Assembly: GCA_963765675.1 (NCBI GenBank)
Contig: CAVXXK010000006.1
Location: forward strand, 1 to 64,000
Origin: an uncultured delta proteobacterium
GTDB taxonomy: Bacteria; Desulfobacterota; Binatia; Binatales; Binataceae
Reading direction: 5' to 3'
Length of the DNA stretch: 64,000 bases
Below the pieces are notes generated by a model, which ran no database searches, was not told where the DNA came from, and worked only from the letters and a program-made list of their open reading frames with translations. The position numbers and the translations under genes were made by a program. Of this stretch, positions 50,228 to 62,310 are shown in pieces. How positions within the stretch are numbered: position 1 is the first letter of the stretch; each line of letters opens with the position of its first letter.

Positions 50228-50494
50228 ATGATTCACGCGACTCATCCCGACATCATTAACCGTCTAAAACGCGCCGACGGACACCTCCGAACAATCATCG
50301 ACATGATTGAAGCCAAGCGTGAGTGCCTGGACGTTGCCCAGCAGCTTCACGCGGTCGAGAAGGCGCTCGGGATCGCCAAGCGGGTCTATATTCAGGACCA
50401 TATCGATAACTGTATCGAAGAAGCGGTCGGCGCGATCCCCCGCGATGCGCGCGGTTCACTCTCCGAATTCCGGGAAATCACCAAATATCTGTGA
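50228..50494 (+). CDS. CsoR/RcnR/NreA-family metal-sensing repressor
   Basis: HATHPDIINRLKRADGHL...CLDVAQQLHAV...DHIDNC...EITKYL. Confidence 0.92.
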   Translation: MIHATHPDIINRLKRADGHLRTIIDMIEAKRECLDVAQQLHAVEKALGIAKRVYIQDHIDNCIEEAVGAIPRDARGSLSEFREITKYL

Positions 50495-50498
50495 GCGG

Positions 50499-51521
50499 AT
50501 GACTAAAGTCCGCTTTGTGGGCGAGCCGATGGACGAGCTGGGGCTGCACGCACATCATCATCCGCACGAGGATGGACGTGACGCGAAGCACGCGCACGTC
50601 CATGGCATCGCGGATCCGGCTTACGCCAGCACTGCGCGCGGACTGGTGGCGCTCAAGTGGTCGGTAGCGGTCCTGGGAATCGCCGCCTTGTTGCAACTGG
50701 CGGTCGTGATGCTCTCGGGCAGCGTTGCGGTGCTGGCGGACACGATTCACAACGCCGCCGACGCATGCACGGCGATTCCACTGGGGATCGCGTTCCTGCT
50801 GATGCGCCGAAAGCCGACCGCGCGGTTCACCTACGGCTACGGGCGGATCGAAGACCTGGCCGGGGTCGTGATTGTCGCGATCATTTTCGCAAGTGCGCTG
50901 GCCGCCGGGTACGAAGCGGCGCGGAGGTTGATCGAGCCGCAGCAGATCGCGGCATTGGGCGCGGTTGCGATTGCCGGGGTGATCGGCTTCGTTGCGAATG
51001 AGGCCGCCGCAGTCATCCGGATCAGCGCCGGCCGCGAGATTAACAGCGCTGCTCTGATCGCCGACGGCTACCACGCGCGGATCGATGGCCTGGCGAGTCT
51101 GGCGGTCACGGTCGGGGCGATTGCAGTCAAGCTGGGCTTTCCGAGGGCTGATCCGATTATTGGTCTCGCGATTGCCGTGGTAATTCTGGGGATCGTCTGG
51201 CAATCCGCATCCGCGGTCTTCACCCGCCTGCTTGACGGCGTGGAACCAGACCTGGTCACCACGATGCACGATGCGGGTGAGCGGGTTGCGGGAATTCGCG
51301 GCGTGCACCAACCTCGCGCGCGCTGGCTGGGGCATCGCCTGCACGCCGAAGCCGATATCGCAGTGGACGCTGCGCTCTCGGCTCACGATTGCGTGGAGAT
51401 CGCCGAGCGGTTCAGGCAAGAGGTCAAGCGGCATTTGCCAGCCCTTGCGGATCTGCACGTAGGAATCGTGGAGGAGAAATCTTCGGACAAGAGCCGTAGT
51501 GGTTTGGAGCCGGTAGGGTAG
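50499..51521 (+). CDS. Cation diffusion facilitator (CDF) metal efflux transporter
   Basis: His-rich N-terminus; LADTIHNAAD, FTYGYGRIE and ADGYHARID. Confidence 0.92.
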   Translation: MTKVRFVGEPMDELGLHAHHHPHEDGRDAKHAHVHGIADPAYASTARGLVALKWSVAVLGIAALLQLAVVMLSGSVAVLADTIHNAADACTAIPLGIAFLLMRRKPTARFTYGYGRIEDLAGVVIVAIIFASALAAGYEAARRLIEPQQIAALGAVAIAGVIGFVANEAAAVIRISAGREINSAALIADGYHARIDGLASLAVTVGAIAVKLGFPRADPIIGLAIAVVILGIVWQSASAVFTRLLDGVEPDLVTTMHDAGERVAGIRGVHQPRARWLGHRLHAEADIAVDAALSAHDCVEIAERFRQEVKRHLPALADLHVGIVEEKSSDKSRSGLEPVG

Positions 51522-51526
51522 CCGCG

Positions 51527-51901
51527 CTAACGCATCAGGAGAAGATAGCCGGCCAACGCGAGACCCATCGCCGCCAGCACCAGAGCGATCGCGATTCCGA
51601 GCGTGGATGGACGCCCGAAATGCTCGCCACCATTTAGCTGCCTGATGAGCCGCGTGTGATGCACCGCCGCGGCGATGTTGACCGCGACCCCGGCCAGCAG
51701 CAGCGCAATTCCACCCCACAGCGACATCCCGGTGGGCTCCAGCGCCTGTGCGTGCGTGGTCATCGCAATCTCGCGCAGGAACAGGCCAAATCGCGCGACT
51801 ACAAAACCGAACCCCATCAGCGCAAGGCCGGTCCGAATCCAGGCGAGAAACGTGCGCTCAGCGGCCAGATAGTCGCTTGCGGTAGCTTGCGGCTGTGGCA
51901 T
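51527..51901 (-). CDS. YidH/DUF202 membrane protein
   Basis: DYLAAERTFLAWIRTGLALMGFGFVVARFGLFL. Confidence 0.9.
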   Translation of the reverse strand: MPQPQATASDYLAAERTFLAWIRTGLALMGFGFVVARFGLFLREIAMTTHAQALEPTGMSLWGGIALLLAGVAVNIAAAVHHTRLIRQLNGGEHFGRPSTLGIAIALVLAAMGLALAGYLLLMR

Positions 51902-51927
51902 CCGTTAAGTGGCAGCGATGCCCAGGC

Positions 51928-52616
51928 TTAGCGGCCGGCGACGGCCGCGTATTCGGTCGGAGTTCTGGACGCGCATCCATTGAAGAATATCGCGATGATC
52001 GTTTCGACCGCGACGCCCGGTGTCGCGAACTCGCGCCCGTAGCGATTGAGTCCTCGCACCATTCCGAGGACCGATTCGGCCGCGAGGCGCGTATCGAGGT
52101 CAGCGCGAATCACGCGGCGCTCGACTCCGTCGCGCAAGATTTCCGAAAGCATCCGGGCCAGACGTTCGCGCTGCTCGCGGTAGGCGCGGGCCTGAGCCGG
52201 CGGGAGCGCCTTCGGGTCGTGCAGCAGCGCGAAAAATTGGCGCCGGTTCCAAAAAAAGCGACCGCGAGGCGGACGAAGGTCGTGATCTGTTCGTAGCTCG
52301 AGTTGGTTTCGGCCAGTCCGGCGCGGATCTGTTTCTGCAATGCGTCGATACCCGCAATCACGACCGCGGCATACAATTCTTCCTTGCTGCGGAAGCGGCG
52401 ATAGACGCTGCCCTTGCCGACATGCGCGCGCGCGGCGACGTGATCGATCAGCACGCGTTCGAACTCATGTTCGGAGAACAGCACCGTGGCGCTCTCAAGG
52501 ATTCGTTCGCGCAAGAACGGCGTCGCCGGGCGGCCACGGCGCGGGCGGCGCGCACGCGCGGACGAAGTTCGCCCATTTGGTCCTGGAGAAGTCGAATCTG
52601 AAATCGGTCGCTTCAT
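51928..52616 (-). pseudogene. TetR-family regulator with a 1-bp frameshift in a T7 tract
   Basis: ERILESA..VAARAHVGKGSVYRRFRSKEEL. Adding one T at 52251-52257 restores AFFWNRRQFFALL...RMLSEIL through to 51928. Confidence 0.75.
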
Positions 52617-52958
52617 GCTTGCGGTTCCTGAACCAATCGCGATCTGCTCCCTTTCGCGCGGCCGCCATGACTGAAACGGTTTTCGCCCTCGTGCGTCCGT
52701 CACATCGGGCGCACGAGTCTTGCTGCGCGGACCGTGGCTTGGTTTCGGTCGTATAGATTAAATATGGACTTGCAGGTCCGAAATTGCAACAATCTAAATT
52801 GTGCGAGCCAAGTTTTGTGCACGGGGCCGCTCGTGATGCTCGCGATCGCGTGACCGCGATCTGGATTCCGGGTCGAGACCGGTACGACGCGCGCGCCAGG
52901 CGCAGGTGGCAGCGCCTGGCTTTTACGGTGGTACTGCCGGAGGTGTGAGTAGCAAACG

Positions 52959-54206
52959 ATGGATACCGATACTCCCGCGAGCAAACTGCAGAACCCTGCG
53001 CTCGCTCCCGAACCCTCGATCCGCAACCGCGACCTGCGGACGGGAATAAAGTGGTGGATGTGGCTGGCGGGGTTTTCGATCCTGGCGCTGGTCGCATACC
53101 TGATGCTCTCGCGGCCCAACGGGGCCGCGCCTGGCTCCGCGGGTGGAAAGGCGGCCCATGCCATGCCTCCAGTGCCGGTAACGGCGGTTGCCGCGAAGAC
53201 CGGCGACTTGAATCACTACCTGACTGCGATCGGATCGGTGACTCCATTTAATACGGTCACGGTGATGTCGCGCGTGCCGGGCCAAATCATGAGTGTCGCT
53301 TTCAAAGAAGGGCAGACGGTGAAGGCCGGAGAGTTGTTGGCCCAAATCGATCCACGTCCATATCAAGTTCAGCTAGAGCAGGCTGAAGGCACCTTGGCCA
53401 AGGACCAGGCCTCGCTTACCGACAACAAAATTCTGCTGGCGCGTGACGAAGAGCTGTTCAAGGAAAGTGTGATCGCGCGCCAGGACCTGGACAATCAGCG
53501 TGCGACCGAGGCTCAGTTCGAAGGTTCGATCATCAGCGACCAGGCCGCAGTCGATAGCGCGAAGCTCGAGCTCACTTACAGCCGGGTCACGGCGCCGATC
53601 AGCGGGCGGATCGGACTGCGCCTGATCGACCCCGGCAATATCGTCACCGTCAACCAGGGGTTAATCGTGATCACCCAGGTGCAGCCGATCTCGGTGCGCT
53701 TCAGTATCCCGGAAGACGATCTGCCACTGGTCATCAACGACATGAAGGCGACTCCGGATCTGCCAGTCGAGGCGTGGGATCGTGACTTCAAGACCAAGCT
53801 CGCGACCGGCACGCTGCTGACGCTCAGCAACGAGATCGATCAGACTACCGGCACTATCGTGTTGAAGGCGGTGTTTCCGAACACCGATAACATGCTGTTT
53901 CCCAATCAATTTGTGAACGCACGCTTGCTGGTTGGCGTCACCAGGAATGCGATCCTGATTCCGCTCGCCGCGGTACAGCGCGGCAATGCGCGCGGCTCGT
54001 ACGTCTTCGTGGTGGCGGCCAATAAGACCGCGCAAAAGCAGGTCGTGACGATAAGCGCGACCCAGGGCGACACGGTCGCGATCGGCACCGGGCTCAAAGC
54101 TGGCGACGTGGTCGTGACCGACGGAGTTGACAAGCTGCGCTCGGGCTCACTGGTGACCGTGCAGATGGCGTCGAACAACGCCAGCAGCGACGGCGGACAG
54201 CAATGA
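52959..54206 (+). CDS. mdtA: RND efflux membrane fusion protein (MdtA-like)
   Basis: [25 protein letters not shown] and [11 protein letters not shown]. Confidence 0.9.
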   Translation: MDTDTPASKLQNPALAPEPSIRNRDLRTGIKWWMWLAGFSILALVAYLMLSRPNGAAPGSAGGKAAHAMPPVPVTAVAAKTGDLNHYLTAIGSVTPFNTVTVMSRVPGQIMSVAFKEGQTVKAGELLAQIDPRPYQVQLEQAEGTLAKDQASLTDNKILLARDEELFKESVIARQDLDNQRATEAQFEGSIISDQAAVDSAKLELTYSRVTAPISGRIGLRLIDPGNIVTVNQGLIVITQVQPISVRFSIPEDDLPLVINDMKATPDLPVEAWDRDFKTKLATGTLLTLSNEIDQTTGTIVLKAVFPNTDNMLFPNQFVNARLLVGVTRNAILIPLAAVQRGNARGSYVFVVAANKTAQKQVVTISATQGDTVAIGTGLKAGDVVVTDGVDKLRSGSLVTVQMASNNASSDGGQQ

Positions 54207-57200
54207 ATCCGTCGCGGCCCTTTATTCTGCGGCCGATCGCAACCTCGCTCCTGATGGCGGGAATCATGCTGGCCGGCATGTTTGCCTATAAGCAGTTGCC
54301 GGTCTCGGCGCTGCCGGAGGTCGATTATCCGACGATCGAGGTGTTGACCTTCTATCCCGGCGCGAGTCCGGACGTGATGGCCTCTTCGGTCACCGCGCCG
54401 CTCGAGCGGCAGTTCGGCCAGGTGCCCGGGCTGAACCAGATGACCTCGAACAGTTCGTTCGGAAGCTCGGTTATCACGCTGCAGTTCGTGCTCGATCTGG
54501 ATATCGACGTTGCCGAGCAGGAGGTGCAGGCCGCGATCAATGCTGCCTCGACCTATCTGCCGGCGAATCTGCCGAACCCTCCAATCTACAGCAAGACCAA
54601 TCCGGCCGACGCACCGATTCTGACCCTTGCTCTGACCTCGACCGAGTTGCCGCTCGATCAAGTCGAAGACCTCGCCGATACGCGCCTTGCCGAGCGCATC
54701 TCGCAACTCTCCGGGGTCGGGTTGGTGAGTATCAGCGGCGGACAGAAGCCCGCGGTGCGGGTCGACGCGAATCCGACCGCGCTTGCCTCCTATGGTCTCA
54801 ACATGGAGAGCCTGCGCACCGCTATCGCAGCGGCGAACGTTGACGAGGCCAAGGGCAACTTCGACGGTCCCGGCCAGGCGTACACGATCGGCGCCAACGA
54901 TCAGCTCCTGACCGCAAAAGACTACGGACCGCTCATCATTGCGTATCAGAACGGCGCGCCGGTCCGGCTTTCGGATGTCGCCACGATCAGTGACGGCGCC
55001 GAGAACGTCAAAGAGGCCGCGTGGATGAACCTCACGCCAGCCGTGATCATGAACGTGCAGCGTCAGCCGGGCGCCAATATTATCGAGGTCGTCGATCGGA
55101 TTAAAAAGCTGATGCCGCAGCTCAAGGCCGGGCTGCCGTCGTCGGTCAACATTTCGATTCTGACCGACCGCACGATCACGATTCGCGCTTCGGTGTCCGA
55201 CGTGCAGTTCGAGCTGATGCTGACGGTCGCGCTGGTCGTGATGGTCATATTCCTGTTCCTGCGCAATATCGCGGCCACCGTGATTCCGAGCATCGCGGTC
55301 CCGCTCTCGATCGTCGGCACCTTCGGCGTGATGTACCTGCTTGGCTACAGCCTCAATAACCTGACGCTGATGGCGCTTACGATCTCGACCGGGTTCGTGG
55401 TCGACGACGCGATCGTCATGATCGAAAATATCTCGCGCTATATCGAAGAAGGGCAGTCGCCGATGCAGGCCGCGCTCAACGGCTCGGCGCAGATTGGATT
55501 CACGATCGTGTCGCTGACCGTGTCGTTGATCGCGGTGTTGATTCCGCTGTTGTTCATGGGCGATATCGTCGGCCGCCTGTTCCGCGAGTTCGCGATCACG
55601 CTGGCGGTGACGATCCTGGTCTCGGCGATCGTGTCGCTGACGCTGACGCCGATGATGTGCTCGAAGCTGCTGCGCCACAAGCCGCGTACCGAGCAGAACC
55701 GCCTGTACCGCAAATCCGAGCAGATTTTCGAGGATACGATCGCATTCTACGGCAAGACTTTGCGCTGGGTGCTGCGCCACGAGCAGGCGACGCTGGTGGT
55801 CGCGATCGCGACGCTGGTGCTCACGATTGTCTTGTACATTATTGCGCCCAAGGGATTTTTCCCGGTGCAGGACACCGGCGTGATCGAGGGCATTTCCGAA
55901 GCGCCGCAGACGATCTCGTTTCCCGCGATGGCCTCGCGGCAGCAGGATCTGGCCAAGGCGATCCTGCAGGATCCGTCGGTGCAGAGCTTGTCCTCGTTCG
56001 TCGGGATCGACGGAACCAACACCACCATCAACAGCGGACGCTTTCTCATCAATCTCAAGCCTGAAGACGAACGCTCCGAAACGATCACCCAGGTAATCGC
56101 CAGTCTGCAGAAGGCGACCTCGCAGATCCAGGGAATCGACCTCTACCTGCAGCCGGTGCAGGATTTGACCGTCGAGGACCGGATCAGCCGCACCGAGTAT
56201 CAGTACAGCCTCGAGGATCCGAATCCCGACGAGTTGACCGAGTGGACCACGCGGTTGATGGCGAAGCTCAAGACTATGCCGCAGTTGGCCAATCTCGCGA
56301 CCGACCAGCAGAACCATGGGCTCGAGGTTGATCTGAATATCGATCGCAGCACCGCTTCGCGGCTCGGGATTCCGTTGCAATCAATCGACAACACCCTCTA
56401 CGACGCGTACGGCCAGCGCCAGGTCTCGACCATCTTCACTCAGCTCAATCAGTACCACGTGATACTCGACGTCGCGCCCGAGTTTTCGCAAGATACGCCC
56501 GCGCTCGGCGATCTCTATTTTCCTTCGACCGGTGGCGGCGAGGTTCCGCTGAGCACCTTCACCACAGTCTCGAAAACCCAGACGCCGCTGGTGGTAAATC
56601 ACGAGGGCCAGTTCCCGGCGGTGACGATCTCATTCGATGTGGGTCCGGGATATTCGCTCGGCGACGCAGTTGATGCGATCAAACAGGCCGAGTCGGAAAT
56701 CGCGTTGCCGGCGAGCGTGCAGGTCGCATTCCAGGGGACTGCGCAGGCGTTCCAGGCCTCGTTGGCCAGCGAGCCGATCCTGATTCTGGCGGCACTGGTC
56801 ACGGTCTATATCGTGCTCGGGGTTTTGTACGAAAGTTATATCCACCCGATCACGATTCTTTCGACCCTGCCCTCGGCCGGAGTCGGCGCGATCGTGGCGC
56901 TTATGATCTGCGGCGAAGATTTGAACGTCATCGCGCTCATCGGCATCATCCTGCTCATTGGTATCGTCAAGAAAAATGCGATCATGATGATCGATTTCGC
57001 GCTCGAGGCGCAGCGCAAAGATGGCAAGCCGCCGCGCGAGGCGATCTACCAGGCGTGCCTGCTGCGCTTTCGGCCAATCATGATGACCACGATGGCGGCG
57101 CTGCTCGGCGGGTTGCCGCTCGCGCTCGGCACCGGCACTGGGTCGGAGCTGCGCCGCCCGCTCGGCATCACGATCGTCGGCGGGCTTCTCGTAAGCCAGC

Positions 57201-57325
57201 TCCTGACGCTTTATACCACGCCGGTTATCTTTCTCGCCTTCGAGCGCCTGGCTGAACGCTTGTCGGGCGCGCCGGTGCCGGCCAAGGATGAGGTGCCCGG
57301 CTCCGTGGGAGCTTCGGCTTCGTGA
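54203..57325 (+). CDS. mdtB: RND efflux permease MdtB
   Basis: [27 protein letters not shown] and [15 protein letters not shown]. Confidence 0.92.
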   Translation: MNPSRPFILRPIATSLLMAGIMLAGMFAYKQLPVSALPEVDYPTIEVLTFYPGASPDVMASSVTAPLERQFGQVPGLNQMTSNSSFGSSVITLQFVLDLDIDVAEQEVQAAINAASTYLPANLPNPPIYSKTNPADAPILTLALTSTELPLDQVEDLADTRLAERISQLSGVGLVSISGGQKPAVRVDANPTALASYGLNMESLRTAIAAANVDEAKGNFDGPGQAYTIGANDQLLTAKDYGPLIIAYQNGAPVRLSDVATISDGAENVKEAAWMNLTPAVIMNVQRQPGANIIEVVDRIKKLMPQLKAGLPSSVNISILTDRTITIRASVSDVQFELMLTVALVVMVIFLFLRNIAATVIPSIAVPLSIVGTFGVMYLLGYSLNNLTLMALTISTGFVVDDAIVMIENISRYIEEGQSPMQAALNGSAQIGFTIVSLTVSLIAVLIPLLFMGDIVGRLFREFAITLAVTILVSAIVSLTLTPMMCSKLLRHKPRTEQNRLYRKSEQIFEDTIAFYGKTLRWVLRHEQATLVVAIATLVLTIVLYIIAPKGFFPVQDTGVIEGISEAPQTISFPAMASRQQDLAKAILQDPSVQSLSSFVGIDGTNTTINSGRFLINLKPEDERSETITQVIASLQKATSQIQGIDLYLQPVQDLTVEDRISRTEYQYSLEDPNPDELTEWTTRLMAKLKTMPQLANLATDQQNHGLEVDLNIDRSTASRLGIPLQSIDNTLYDAYGQRQVSTIFTQLNQYHVILDVAPEFSQDTPALGDLYFPSTGGGEVPLSTFTTVSKTQTPLVVNHEGQFPAVTISFDVGPGYSLGDAVDAIKQAESEIALPASVQVAFQGTAQAFQASLASEPILILAALVTVYIVLGVLYESYIHPITILSTLPSAGVGAIVALMICGEDLNVIALIGIILLIGIVKKNAIMMIDFALEAQRKDGKPPREAIYQACLLRFRPIMMTTMAALLGGLPLALGTGTGSELRRPLGITIVGGLLVSQLLTLYTTPVIFLAFERLAERLSGAPVPAKDEVPGSVGASAS

Positions 57326-60300
57326 GCGAAGTTTTCATCCGCAATTCGGTCGGGACGACGCTGCTGACGATCGCGCTGGCGCTCGGCGGCCTGATCGGCT
57401 TCCGGTTGCTCCCGGTGTCACCGCTGCCGCAGGTTGATTTCCCGACGATCCAGGTGCAAGCACAACTTCCAGGCGCCAGCCCGGAGACGATGGCCTCGTC
57501 GGTGGCGACGCCGCTGGAGCGCCAGTTCGGGCGTATCGCGGGCCTGACGCAGTTGACCTCGGCGAGCTCGCTGGGCGCGGTCTCGATCGTTCTGCAATTC
57601 GATCTGAACCGCGATATCGACGCCGCCGCGCGCGACGTGCAGGCCGCGATCAACGCCGCGCGCAGCCAGCTTCCGACCAACCTGCCGTCCAATCCGACCT
57701 ATCGCAAAGTTAATCCGGCGGACTCGCCAATTCTGATCATCGCGCTCACCTCCGACAGCAAGACCCGCGGCGAGATGTATGACGCGGCCTCCTCGATCCT
57801 CGCGCAGAAGCTTTCCCAGGTTCTCGGCGTCGGTCAGGTGATCGTCGGCGGCAGCGCGCTGCCCGCGGTGCGGGTTGATTTGAATCCCGCGCAACTCAAC
57901 GCTTACGGCATCGGTCTCGAGCAGGTCCGCTCGGTGCTGGCGGGCGCGAACGTCAATAGTCCCAAGGGTGAATTGGCCAACGGCAATTCGGCATACCTGA
58001 TCAACGACACCGACCAGTTGCTGCACGCGAGCCAATACGCCCCGCTGATTGTTTCGTACGTCAACGGCGCCGCGGTGCATCTTTCCGATCTTGGAGCGGT
58101 GACCGATTCGGTCCAGGACGTGCGTAACGCCGGAGTGTCCGACAGCCAGCCCGCCGTGCTGCTGATTATTTTTCGCCAGCCGGCCGCGAATATTATCGAA
58201 ACAGTACAGCGTGTGGATGAGGCGATGCCGGGGCTGCAGGCTTCGATCTCGCCGGCGATCAAGCTCACGGTCGTGATGGATCGCACGACCACGATCAAGG
58301 CATCGGTCGACGACGTAGAGTTCACGCTTCTGCTCTCGGTCGCACTGGTGGTGATGGTGGTGTTCGTGTTCCTGCGCAACCTGCGCGCCACGATGATTCC
58401 GGGCGTGGTGGTGCCGCTGTCGCTGCTCGGCACTTTCGGAATCATGTACCTGTGCGGCTACAGTCTGGACAATCTGTCGCTGATGGCGCTGACGATATCG
58501 ACCGGATTCGTGGTCGATGACGCGATCGTAGTGGTCGAGAACATCTCGCGTTTTCTGGAGCAGGGCGTGCCGCCGTACGAGGCCGCGGTCCGCGGCGCCG
58601 CGGGAATCGGTTTCACCGTGATCTCGATGAGCGTGTCGCTAATCGCGGTGTTCATTCCGATCCTGGTGATGGGAGGGATCGTCGGACGGCTGTTCCGCGA
58701 GTTCGCGGTCACCCTGTCGGCCGCGATTGCGGTCTCGCTGATGCTCTCGCTGACCACGACGCCAATGATGTGCGCGAAGCTGCTCCGGGCGCATGACGGT
58801 GAGCGCCACGGCAGGATCTATCGCGTGTTCGAAACGGGATTCAACGCTCTGCTGAGTGGCTACGAATCAGGGCTGAAGTGGGTGCTGGATCACCAGCCGT
58901 TCACGCTCGCGATCTTTTTCGCGACCCTCGCGCTCAGCATCTACATGTTCTACGTCATCCCCAAGGGATTTTTTCCGGAACAGGATACCGGCCGCATGGT
59001 GGGCATGCTGCTGGCCGATCAGGACACCTCGTTTCAATCGATTCAGCAGAAGCTCACCGAATTCGTCAAGGTGCTCGATGCTGATCCGGCGGTCGATCAT
59101 GTAATTGGGTTTGCCGGCGGGAATTCCGGCTCGCCGGTGAACACCGCGCGCATGTATATCACGCTCAAGCCGCTTAGCGACCGGACCGGTGTTATGAACG
59201 TGATTACCAGGCTCCGAAAAAAAACCTCGCATATCGCGGGTGCGACGCTATATCTGCAAGCGTCGCAGGATCTGACTATCGGCGGCAGAAGGTCGAACGC
59301 GGAATATCAATACACGCTGCAAGGTGACGATCTTGGCCAGCTCAACCACTACGCGCCCTTGCTGCTCGCCAAGCTGCAGACCATTCGCCAGTTGACCGAC
59401 GTGAGCAGCGACCAGCAGAACAGCGGTCTCGCGGCCAACCTGGTGATCGATCGCAAGACCGCGTCCCGCCTCGGCATCACGCCGCAACTTATCGATGACA
59501 CTCTCTACGACGCGTTTGGGCAGCGGGAAGTCTCGACGATGTACACGCAGCTCAACCAGTACTTCGTCGTGATGGAAGTCGAACCCAAGTTCTGGCAAAA
59601 CCCCGAGTCGCTTTCCGAAATCTATGTTCGCACTACTTCCGGGCAGGAAGTGCCGCTCAGCAGCTTCACCCACTACGAGCCCAGCACCACCGCGCTGGCG
59701 GTGAACCATCAGGGGCAATTCCCTTCGGTTACGATCTCGTTCAACCTGAGGCCCGGGGTCTCGCTCGGTGAGGCGGTTGAGCTGATTAACGACGCCCAGG
59801 CGCAAATCAAGATGCCTGCCAGCATCAGCGGAGATTTTCAGGGAACCGCGCAGGCCTTTCAGGCTTCGCTGGCGAACGAGCCGATGCTGATCGCGGCGGC
59901 GCTGCTTGCGGTGTATATCGTCCTCGGCATCCTCTACGAGAGTTACATTCATCCAATCACTATTCTTTCAACGCTGCCGTCGGCTGGAGTCGGCGCGCTG
60001 CTCGCGCTCGAGATCACCCACAACGATCTTTCGATCATCGCGCTTATCGGCATCATCCTGCTCATTGGGATCGTGAAGAAAAACGCGATCATGATGATCG
60101 ACTTCGCGCTCGAAGCGCAGCGTATCGAGGGCAAACCCGCCCGCGACGCAATTTACCAGGCATGTATCCTGCGCTTTCGGCCGATCATGATGACTACGAT
60201 GGCGGCGCTGCTCGGCGGACTCCCGCTCGCGGTCGGCACCGGAACCGGCTCGGAGTTGCGCCGTCCGCTGGGAATCGCGATCGTCGGCGGACTGATCGTG

Positions 60301-60447
60301 AGCCAGATGCTGACGCTGTTCACGACCCCGGTGGTTTTTCTCTACCTCGAGCGCGTTCGGGTAGGATGGGTTGCGACGTGGAGACGGATCGTCGGGACGG
60401 TGGGACCCGCGCCGGCCGATACGCGTCCTGCCGACACGCGCGCATAG
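57322..60447 (+). CDS. mdtC: RND efflux permease MdtC
   Basis: [14 protein letters not shown] and [13 protein letters not shown]; second RND gene in tandem. Confidence 0.92.
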   Translation: MSEVFIRNSVGTTLLTIALALGGLIGFRLLPVSPLPQVDFPTIQVQAQLPGASPETMASSVATPLERQFGRIAGLTQLTSASSLGAVSIVLQFDLNRDIDAAARDVQAAINAARSQLPTNLPSNPTYRKVNPADSPILIIALTSDSKTRGEMYDAASSILAQKLSQVLGVGQVIVGGSALPAVRVDLNPAQLNAYGIGLEQVRSVLAGANVNSPKGELANGNSAYLINDTDQLLHASQYAPLIVSYVNGAAVHLSDLGAVTDSVQDVRNAGVSDSQPAVLLIIFRQPAANIIETVQRVDEAMPGLQASISPAIKLTVVMDRTTTIKASVDDVEFTLLLSVALVVMVVFVFLRNLRATMIPGVVVPLSLLGTFGIMYLCGYSLDNLSLMALTISTGFVVDDAIVVVENISRFLEQGVPPYEAAVRGAAGIGFTVISMSVSLIAVFIPILVMGGIVGRLFREFAVTLSAAIAVSLMLSLTTTPMMCAKLLRAHDGERHGRIYRVFETGFNALLSGYESGLKWVLDHQPFTLAIFFATLALSIYMFYVIPKGFFPEQDTGRMVGMLLADQDTSFQSIQQKLTEFVKVLDADPAVDHVIGFAGGNSGSPVNTARMYITLKPLSDRTGVMNVITRLRKKTSHIAGATLYLQASQDLTIGGRRSNAEYQYTLQGDDLGQLNHYAPLLLAKLQTIRQLTDVSSDQQNSGLAANLVIDRKTASRLGITPQLIDDTLYDAFGQREVSTMYTQLNQYFVVMEVEPKFWQNPESLSEIYVRTTSGQEVPLSSFTHYEPSTTALAVNHQGQFPSVTISFNLRPGVSLGEAVELINDAQAQIKMPASISGDFQGTAQAFQASLANEPMLIAAALLAVYIVLGILYESYIHPITILSTLPSAGVGALLALEITHNDLSIIALIGIILLIGIVKKNAIMMIDFALEAQRIEGKPARDAIYQACILRFRPIMMTTMAALLGGLPLAVGTGTGSELRRPLGIAIVGGLIVSQMLTLFTTPVVFLYLERVRVGWVATWRRIVGTVGPAPADTRPADTRA

Positions 60448-60461
60448 AGCGCGCCGTCCGC

Positions 60462-61397
60462 TCAGCGGCTCGAGATGCGCGGTGCGATACTCGCGCCGCT
60501 TATCAGGATCAAGACTTCGGAGCGCCGATTTTCCGGATCGAGCCGAGCAACGTACGCGGGCAACGCGCTGCGTCCAAGACCGATATCGGTCCGCGCGTCG
60601 CAGCCGCATCGCGCCGCAAGCCCGTCGTTGATCGTTGCGAACCGGTCCAGATGCAACGCCGCGATCGGAAGAGAGCCTTCCGCGATCGCAAGGTGCAATA
60701 CACCATCGTCGCTGATTTGAGGGTCGTCGACCATCGGCGTTCCCGCCACGGTCGCTGTTTCGATCACCCAGTTGCGGAACTTGTCGTCGCTCATCCGGCC
60801 GGTGTGTGAATTTTCCTTCTGAAGCTCGCTGATCGCGCCTTTTAAGGCTGACTTCGTCGCACGGGTTGAACGCGAGCGTGGAAGGTTCACCAGCTTCCAC
60901 ATCCGCTGCGACCACTGCGCAACCTCCGCGGGGTTTGCGCCGGGCGTGGCTTCATAATCCTCAGCCGCCGACTCCGCTCCCGCCAGATCACCGCTCTTGA
61001 GCGCATGCTCGACGCGCTCGGCGTCGTTTTGCGCGATCGCGGTATTTATCCGGTCCAGAAGAGGGCCGCTGCTACTGCCCGGCTCGGATGCCGCGAGAGC
61101 GCAGGCCTGCTGCTGCTCGGCCAGGGGAAACGAAGGTGCGCCGATCGTAAAGTCGGTAACGCACAAATCGTCCTTGACCTCGCGCAGCTCGGCGGCGGAA
61201 AGCTGTTCGGGATGCGCCGAAAGGGCGATCAACTCCGGTCGCGCTCCCGCATAGTCTCCCGCCTTCATATGAGCGCGGGCGGAAGTCAGTGCGCTCGGAG
61301 CGCATCCGGACGCCGCGAGTAGCGCAAGGGCGCTCGCCAGCGCGACCCCCGCGACGAACCGCTTTCCGACGAAATCCTTCACATCCCAATTATGCAC
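60462..61397 (-). CDS. Hypothetical lipoprotein
   Basis: Lipobox-like ASGC after a hydrophobic signal; long ORF with consistent codon use. Confidence 0.6.
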   Translation of the reverse strand: MHNWDVKDFVGKRFVAGVALASALALLAASGCAPSALTSARAHMKAGDYAGARPELIALSAHPEQLSAAELREVKDDLCVTDFTIGAPSFPLAEQQQACALAASEPGSSSGPLLDRINTAIAQNDAERVEHALKSGDLAGAESAAEDYEATPGANPAEVAQWSQRMWKLVNLPRSRSTRATKSALKGAISELQKENSHTGRMSDDKFRNWVIETATVAGTPMVDDPQISDDGVLHLAIAEGSLPIAALHLDRFATINDGLAARCGCDARTDIGLGRSALPAYVARLDPENRRSEVLILISGASIAPRISSR

Positions 61398-61773
61398 CCG
61401 CAGGGGCGGTCCAGTGCAATCTCAATTTTCGGCGCTCGAATCCTGCCGATTCTCAGGTGGCAAAAGTCGGCCAGATGAGCGATGTCGCAGTCGATGTCCC
61501 GCGCGATGCCTCGAATCCAGTCGCGGGCTCCCGGTAGCGATCTGGGATACGCATCCGGAGCCTCTGTTCGCCTGCGCCCGCAAATTACAGGCGACGGGAT
61601 ACAATCTTATTCAAAACTACATTTGTCGAAATTAGTATTCGCTTCAATCTGAAACACTATCCGGCGCGAGACCACATCCTCTTTGTCCCGCTCTCGGACG
61701 TTGGTTATCTCATTCGCAACCAGCGGCCTGATTCGAATGCGGAAGCGCCCGCCATCGCGATAGTCTTTTGCCG

Positions 61774-61789
61774 TGGCATGACCTCTGCA
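61774..61789 (+). promoter_or_regulatory. sigma54 promoter upstream of flp pilin
   Basis: TGGCATGACCTCTGCA (GG-N10-GC). Confidence 0.65.
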
Positions 61790-61874
61790 CTTGTCATCAG
61801 GCAAAGCTGAAAACGGGAACTCAATTCCGAATCAACCAACGAGCAACGCGCTCGAAGAGGGTAAGTACAGGTTC

Positions 61875-62054
61875 ATGACGAACTGGATCACCAAAATGTA
61901 TGTGCGACTTCATGAAGGCAAGGGTCAGACGATGACTGAGTACGTGCTGATCATAGCCGCAATCGCGGTTGCCGGTTACATCGCCTACCAGGGCCTCGAA
62001 GGTGGAATCAACACGATCATTACTAACGTTACGAACACCTTGAAGGGCGCGTAA
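61875..62054 (+). CDS. flp: Flp/Fap type IVc pilin
   Basis: G/QTMTEYVLIIAAIAV Flp motif; 59 aa. Confidence 0.92.
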   Translation: MTNWITKMYVRLHEGKGQTMTEYVLIIAAIAVAGYIAYQGLEGGINTIITNVTNTLKGA

Positions 62055-62310
62055 GAGCGCTAAGCGGCGCAGCGAACAATCTTCGCGGCGTCGCACGAGA
62101 TCGCAGCCGGCGGCGGGTACATATCCCCGCTGTCGGCACGCGAAGCTGAGCTGACTGACAAAACGGTGCCTCTCGGAGCGGCCAAATCGGTGTCGGGCCG
62201 CATCGGAAGAACAACGGAGCAGATCGAAATCGTAATGAGCCATTAGTCAGGCGCATTAAGAGGAAGCGTATCCCAGCGGGCCGCGCGAGCGGGCGGAACG
62301 GAGGGGAGAA

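Noticed and set aside
53906-56380. 824-aa minus-strand ORF and other long antisense ORFs
   Set aside because: Shadow ORFs of high-GC genes such as mdtB; no recognisable motifs.
61795-61835. GGCAAA...GAAA resembling a c-di-GMP-I riboswitch before flp
   Set aside because: The P2 stem and GCAAAGC/P3 elements cannot be formed.
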